Below the pieces are notes generated by a model. That model ran no database searches, was not told where the DNA came from, and saw only the letters and a list, made by a program, of their open reading frames with translations. Positions 60,291 through 64,000 of a stretch of 64,000 nucleotides of DNA are shown here, piece after piece. Numbering within the stretch: position 1 is the first letter of the stretch; every line of letters starts with the position of its first letter. The DNA comes from Nemertoderma westbladi (taxonomy: Eukaryota > Animalia > Xenacoelomorpha). The translations under genes were made by a program, and so were the position numbers. The DNA is taken from the NCBI GenBank assembly GCA_032718475.1, contig JAUCBJ010009104.1, positions 9,383 to 73,382 of the forward strand, given 5' to 3'.

Positions 60291-62329
60291 CGGGAGTAGA
60301 TAGCACGATAGTTAGGTAAAGTAGAAACTACTTACTAAACAGGTCATTATTTTCATTAGTTGAGGTCAGATATGCCGATATTATATAATTATATTATTTA
60401 GATGTATGGAGACATCTCGGGCACAAAGCAAATGAAACAAAGTTATAACCATTTACATACTTGTGTGCAAAGTAGCTCTTTACAGTGTGATGATTCGAGT
60501 AGCTTTCTTACAGGAACGAACAATAGTGGGTGAGTGAGAATAAAGCTACTAGGATCAGAACACTGTAAGGTACTTAGCAACAAGTATGTATGTAGTTTTA
60601 TTCCAAAATTTTAACATTACGAAATTATTGTAAATATATTATAAGTGATAGAAACTGCACAAATTAAATTAGTTGTTGTATAAATAAATGTAAAAATGAA
60701 ATAAATTATGTTATAAATAAGTTAGCTTATATTTATGGTGGCGTTTGGAGCCATGTAATAATAATATAGCTAGGCCCTACTGGTTATTAATAGCTATACC
60801 CCGCCTACCGGTAGGCCTATCTGGATGTCAGGCAAATTTCCACCTATTGTTTACGTGGTATCCAATGACGGCTTTAAGTAATGTCCCCTTAGTGGACATT
60901 ACTTAACGCCGTCATGGGTTACCACCTAAACAATAACACCAAATACAATACTAAATGTACAGGCCAATGCTGTAATGTCCTCTGAAGTTGTAAAGTGCTA
61001 AATAACAACTCGCTGTTAATACTAACGGCGTTGAGTAATGTTACAATTTTGGAATAAAATGTATTATATGAACTATGACTATAAACTATATAACTATAAC
61101 TATATACGGATAACAGATCAGTCGTAAATTGTTTCAACGTAGGGGCGTTAACTATATTTGCTTGTAAAACCTTCCATACGGGAACCCCGTTTTAAATATA
61201 TTTAATATATTTTTCACAGTTACAGTTCTAGAAGTAAAAACCTGCGATTTGGCTAACTTCATTCCTGTTTCCTTTATATAAAGGTAATCGTCCCAAATCG
61301 TCCACAAACTCATATAGAGGGATTGCGTTACTTGCCTGTTTATTGAAAATATATACAACCATACTATATAAGAGGCCTATATACTTGGGCTGAAAACTAC
61401 AATATTCTTCAGGTTGCCCAGTTCGGATTTCGTAGAGGTCGGTACAGGAAAGCCTTTGACTCTGTAATATCGCGAAAAACTGTGCTCAAAATTGTTCTTT
61501 TTGGGAGTCAGTCGTAAATTCATATCGTCCTTTGGTTGATAATTGCTACAAATTATATATGCATCTGCCTGCATCGGCCGCTCTTTATCTTATTTATCTC
61601 TGTCTGACCTTCCACCTGTTCTTGTAGGATTTGCTGTTATTGCTTTGTTATACTCAGACGATCTGGCGATTTATGGTAACTCATTAGAATATGATCTGTA
61701 TACTGTATGTAATCTGTATGCAATATTTAGCGATTGTAGGTTCATTTTCAATGGTGTGTTTGTCTGTAATATTTTTACTTATGTAATATGTAGTCATGGT
61801 TATGTAAGAAAAGTTGTTTGAGGATCTATTAGACTCAGTATTAGTTGAAAAGAGGGGGTTGAAAGGTGGAAATGGTAGATAGTGAATTTGATGGATTGAA
61901 GATTAGACAGGAATATTTGGGAAAGTGGATGTACATGATAATTAATAATACTACTATAAAGTACTGGTAAAGTATATATTGGTAAGAATTTAAAATTGTC
62001 ACCGAGACATCTCCATTTCCATAGTAGATGAGTCAGATATTTTGGTAAACCACACACAATCCCCCTGCCACACCAGGTCACACAGGCTGTATCGATACCT
62101 GGTCCTACCTTGGTGGGGGTTAGGGCGTAAAAACATTTAGAGTTTCATACAGCGAATATGTGAAGGGGGAGCCCGACCAAAGTGGACGGACATCATGTAA
62201 TACAGTATGTCTTGAGTCTCTATGTCTCCATTGCTATCAAGAGTTGTGTCTACTGTCTCCTGAAGGTTCGGCAATCTGGGCCAGTTGAGGAATGATGGTG
62301 CATCATTCCAAAATTTTTGTTTCTCGAGG

Positions 62330-62815
62330 TATGTTTTCTATTTCTAGTTTCTCAGGATATTAGATCTGCCGGGTTGTCGTTAGTGGGACAGTGGTGCCAG
62401 ATGTTGAGATCTGTTTTTTCTCTAATCTCTTCTACCCTGTTCGCTGTGAAGATTTGGTATCTCTTTTCTTCATTAAGTAGTTGACCTAAGACGACTGTTG
62501 AGTCGTCCAGTAATGGATGGTTTATATTTCGGGGATGGCATCGGCTATGTATATCGAGGCTCTGACTCTGAGTTGTGCCGCACAGAGTTCGAGTTTTGGT
62601 ACCAGTACTCTCTGTGGCGGAGTCGAACGCACTTTGCTGTTGGCGAGTCGGGGTTTTGATGCTCCACTTTTCTGTACTAGGTATAGTGCAGCGCCATGTG
62701 CTTGGTGTGTGGCATCCGATAATATGTGCGGTTCAATGTCTGATATGTTGTCATATTGTTGTGAAATAGGCACGCAGCATCATCAACTTTCCTATACTAC
62801 GTTGGTTAATTTCCA
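62330..62815 (-). pseudogene. BEL/Pao RNase H remnant (third family)
   Basis: ILSDAT...GAALYL...SKVRSTP...VPKLELCAA, then DSTVVL...FTANRVEEI...WHHCPTNDNPADL. Confidence 0.85.
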
Positions 62816-62888
62816 TATGTCCTATTTCCAGTGGCGGTCCTTCAGTATGGGCCAGGTGGGCCGCGCCCACATTAATTTTCCGACAAAT

Positions 62889-64000
62889 CTACTACTACTA
62901 GGATCGGCATGCTGCATTGCAGCTGCATTTTAAGAATGCTGTGCCGGCTTGTCAACAAAATTGCACCACCACAACTCCCTATCACCCATGACATTTGCTA
63001 GATCATAAGCATCTTTAAGTCCAGTGTCCTTTAAGATGCGTCTCAAGAAAGTCATGGGCTGTCCACCATGCTTATTCACTCCATGAGGCTGCCAAAGTAC
63101 AAGATTATGCACTGGCTGGTCCTCACGGCGAAAGCAATGTCCTGCAAAGCGGAGGCGATTTTGTTCTAGTGTCAAGCTTGGGGGAATCAATGAGACACCT
63201 CCAATGTTATATAGTGTCTGGTTGGAGATGTGTGCATTGTACTTGACACAATGAACCCGGCGCAGCATTCTTGTGAATGTGCCATCCAGAGATTTGGTGT
63301 CCTCAGCAGTTAGAGCCCAGCATGGACTCCCGTAGAGGAGTACTGGAACTACTGCTGCTCTAAATAATCGGCCCTTAAGTTTGCGATTAATTCTCGGTGA
63401 AAGTCTATTCAAGGCTGCCCATGCCTTTCCCTTACGTATTCGAAGGTCCTCACCTGACTTCCGGATCCATGATCCCAGGTAACAGAAGTCGTCCACATGC
63501 TCAAGCATACCATCCTTTGAGCTTATGCTCATCCAATCAGAGACTTGCTGAGGACTTTCAAAGTTAACTGTCAGAATTTTGGTCTTTCTGGAGTTAATAA
63601 AAAGACCAACACTAGAAGCAGCATGTTCTATTGAGCTGAGGAGCCGTTGGGCTCCCTCTAATGATTCTGAGAGTACTCCTAAGTCATCAGCAAAGTCTAG
63701 ATCAGTTAGGTACTTGGCAGGATTTCCTCGACTTCTGGAGCCAGTAGGTGGAGTTATCATCACCCCATCATCATTATAATGATCTAAGGACATGCGTAGA
63801 ACATAGTCAACCACAATAATGAACAAGAATGGTGCAAGTGTGTCTCCTTGGAGGATGCCCCATAACACTTCAAATGGTTCTGTGTCACCATCAACAGTAG
63901 ACACAAATGTTGTCGAACCATCGTATACTGATCTGATTGCTGCAATAATTTCATCAGGAATCCCATATAATGAAAGTATGCTGAACATACGTGAGCAAGA
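62889..64000 (-). mobile_element. RTE LINE, RT C-terminal half and (TAG)n tail; continues beyond the window
   Basis: Open 352-aa ORF 62930-63988 with GILQGDTLAPFLF, DLDFADD, YLGS, RLRFAGH. Confidence 0.95.

Overview
Eukaryotic, AT-rich and probably invertebrate DNA made almost entirely of transposable elements; no host gene could be supported. (1) 1-21208: a decayed BEL/Pao LTR retrotransposon (element A). Its 5' end (partial LTR, leader, 5' gag and an AT-rich filler) is tandemly amplified as about three 4.05-kb units running into a 100-N gap. Integrase is deleted. The 2.1-kb 3' LTR contains a tRNA-like A/B-box segment and a heat-shock-element-like array. (2) 23717-41482: a 17.8-kb full-length BEL/Pao element (element B) with 1142-bp LTRs and an AATAT TSD, nested in a hAT MITE that itself splits an old LINE RT. 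After integrase it carries an extra, disrupted ORF3 of about 1430 codons with a WRN/EXD-like DEDDy 3'-5' exonuclease-like domain and CCHC zinc knuckles, preceded by a pseudoknotted GC-rich leader. Neither element has a TGG tRNA primer-binding site; in both, the bases right after the 5' LTR are complementary to a segment inside their own LTR, suggesting self-priming. Element A also carries a dispersed 20-nt stem-loop with a compensatory base-pair change. (3) 43-64 kb: a hAT element filled with Helitron-like repeats, MITEs, RTE and CRE non-LTR fragments and a BEL remnant. All alignments and motif calls were made by eye; decayed-fragment boundaries are approximate.
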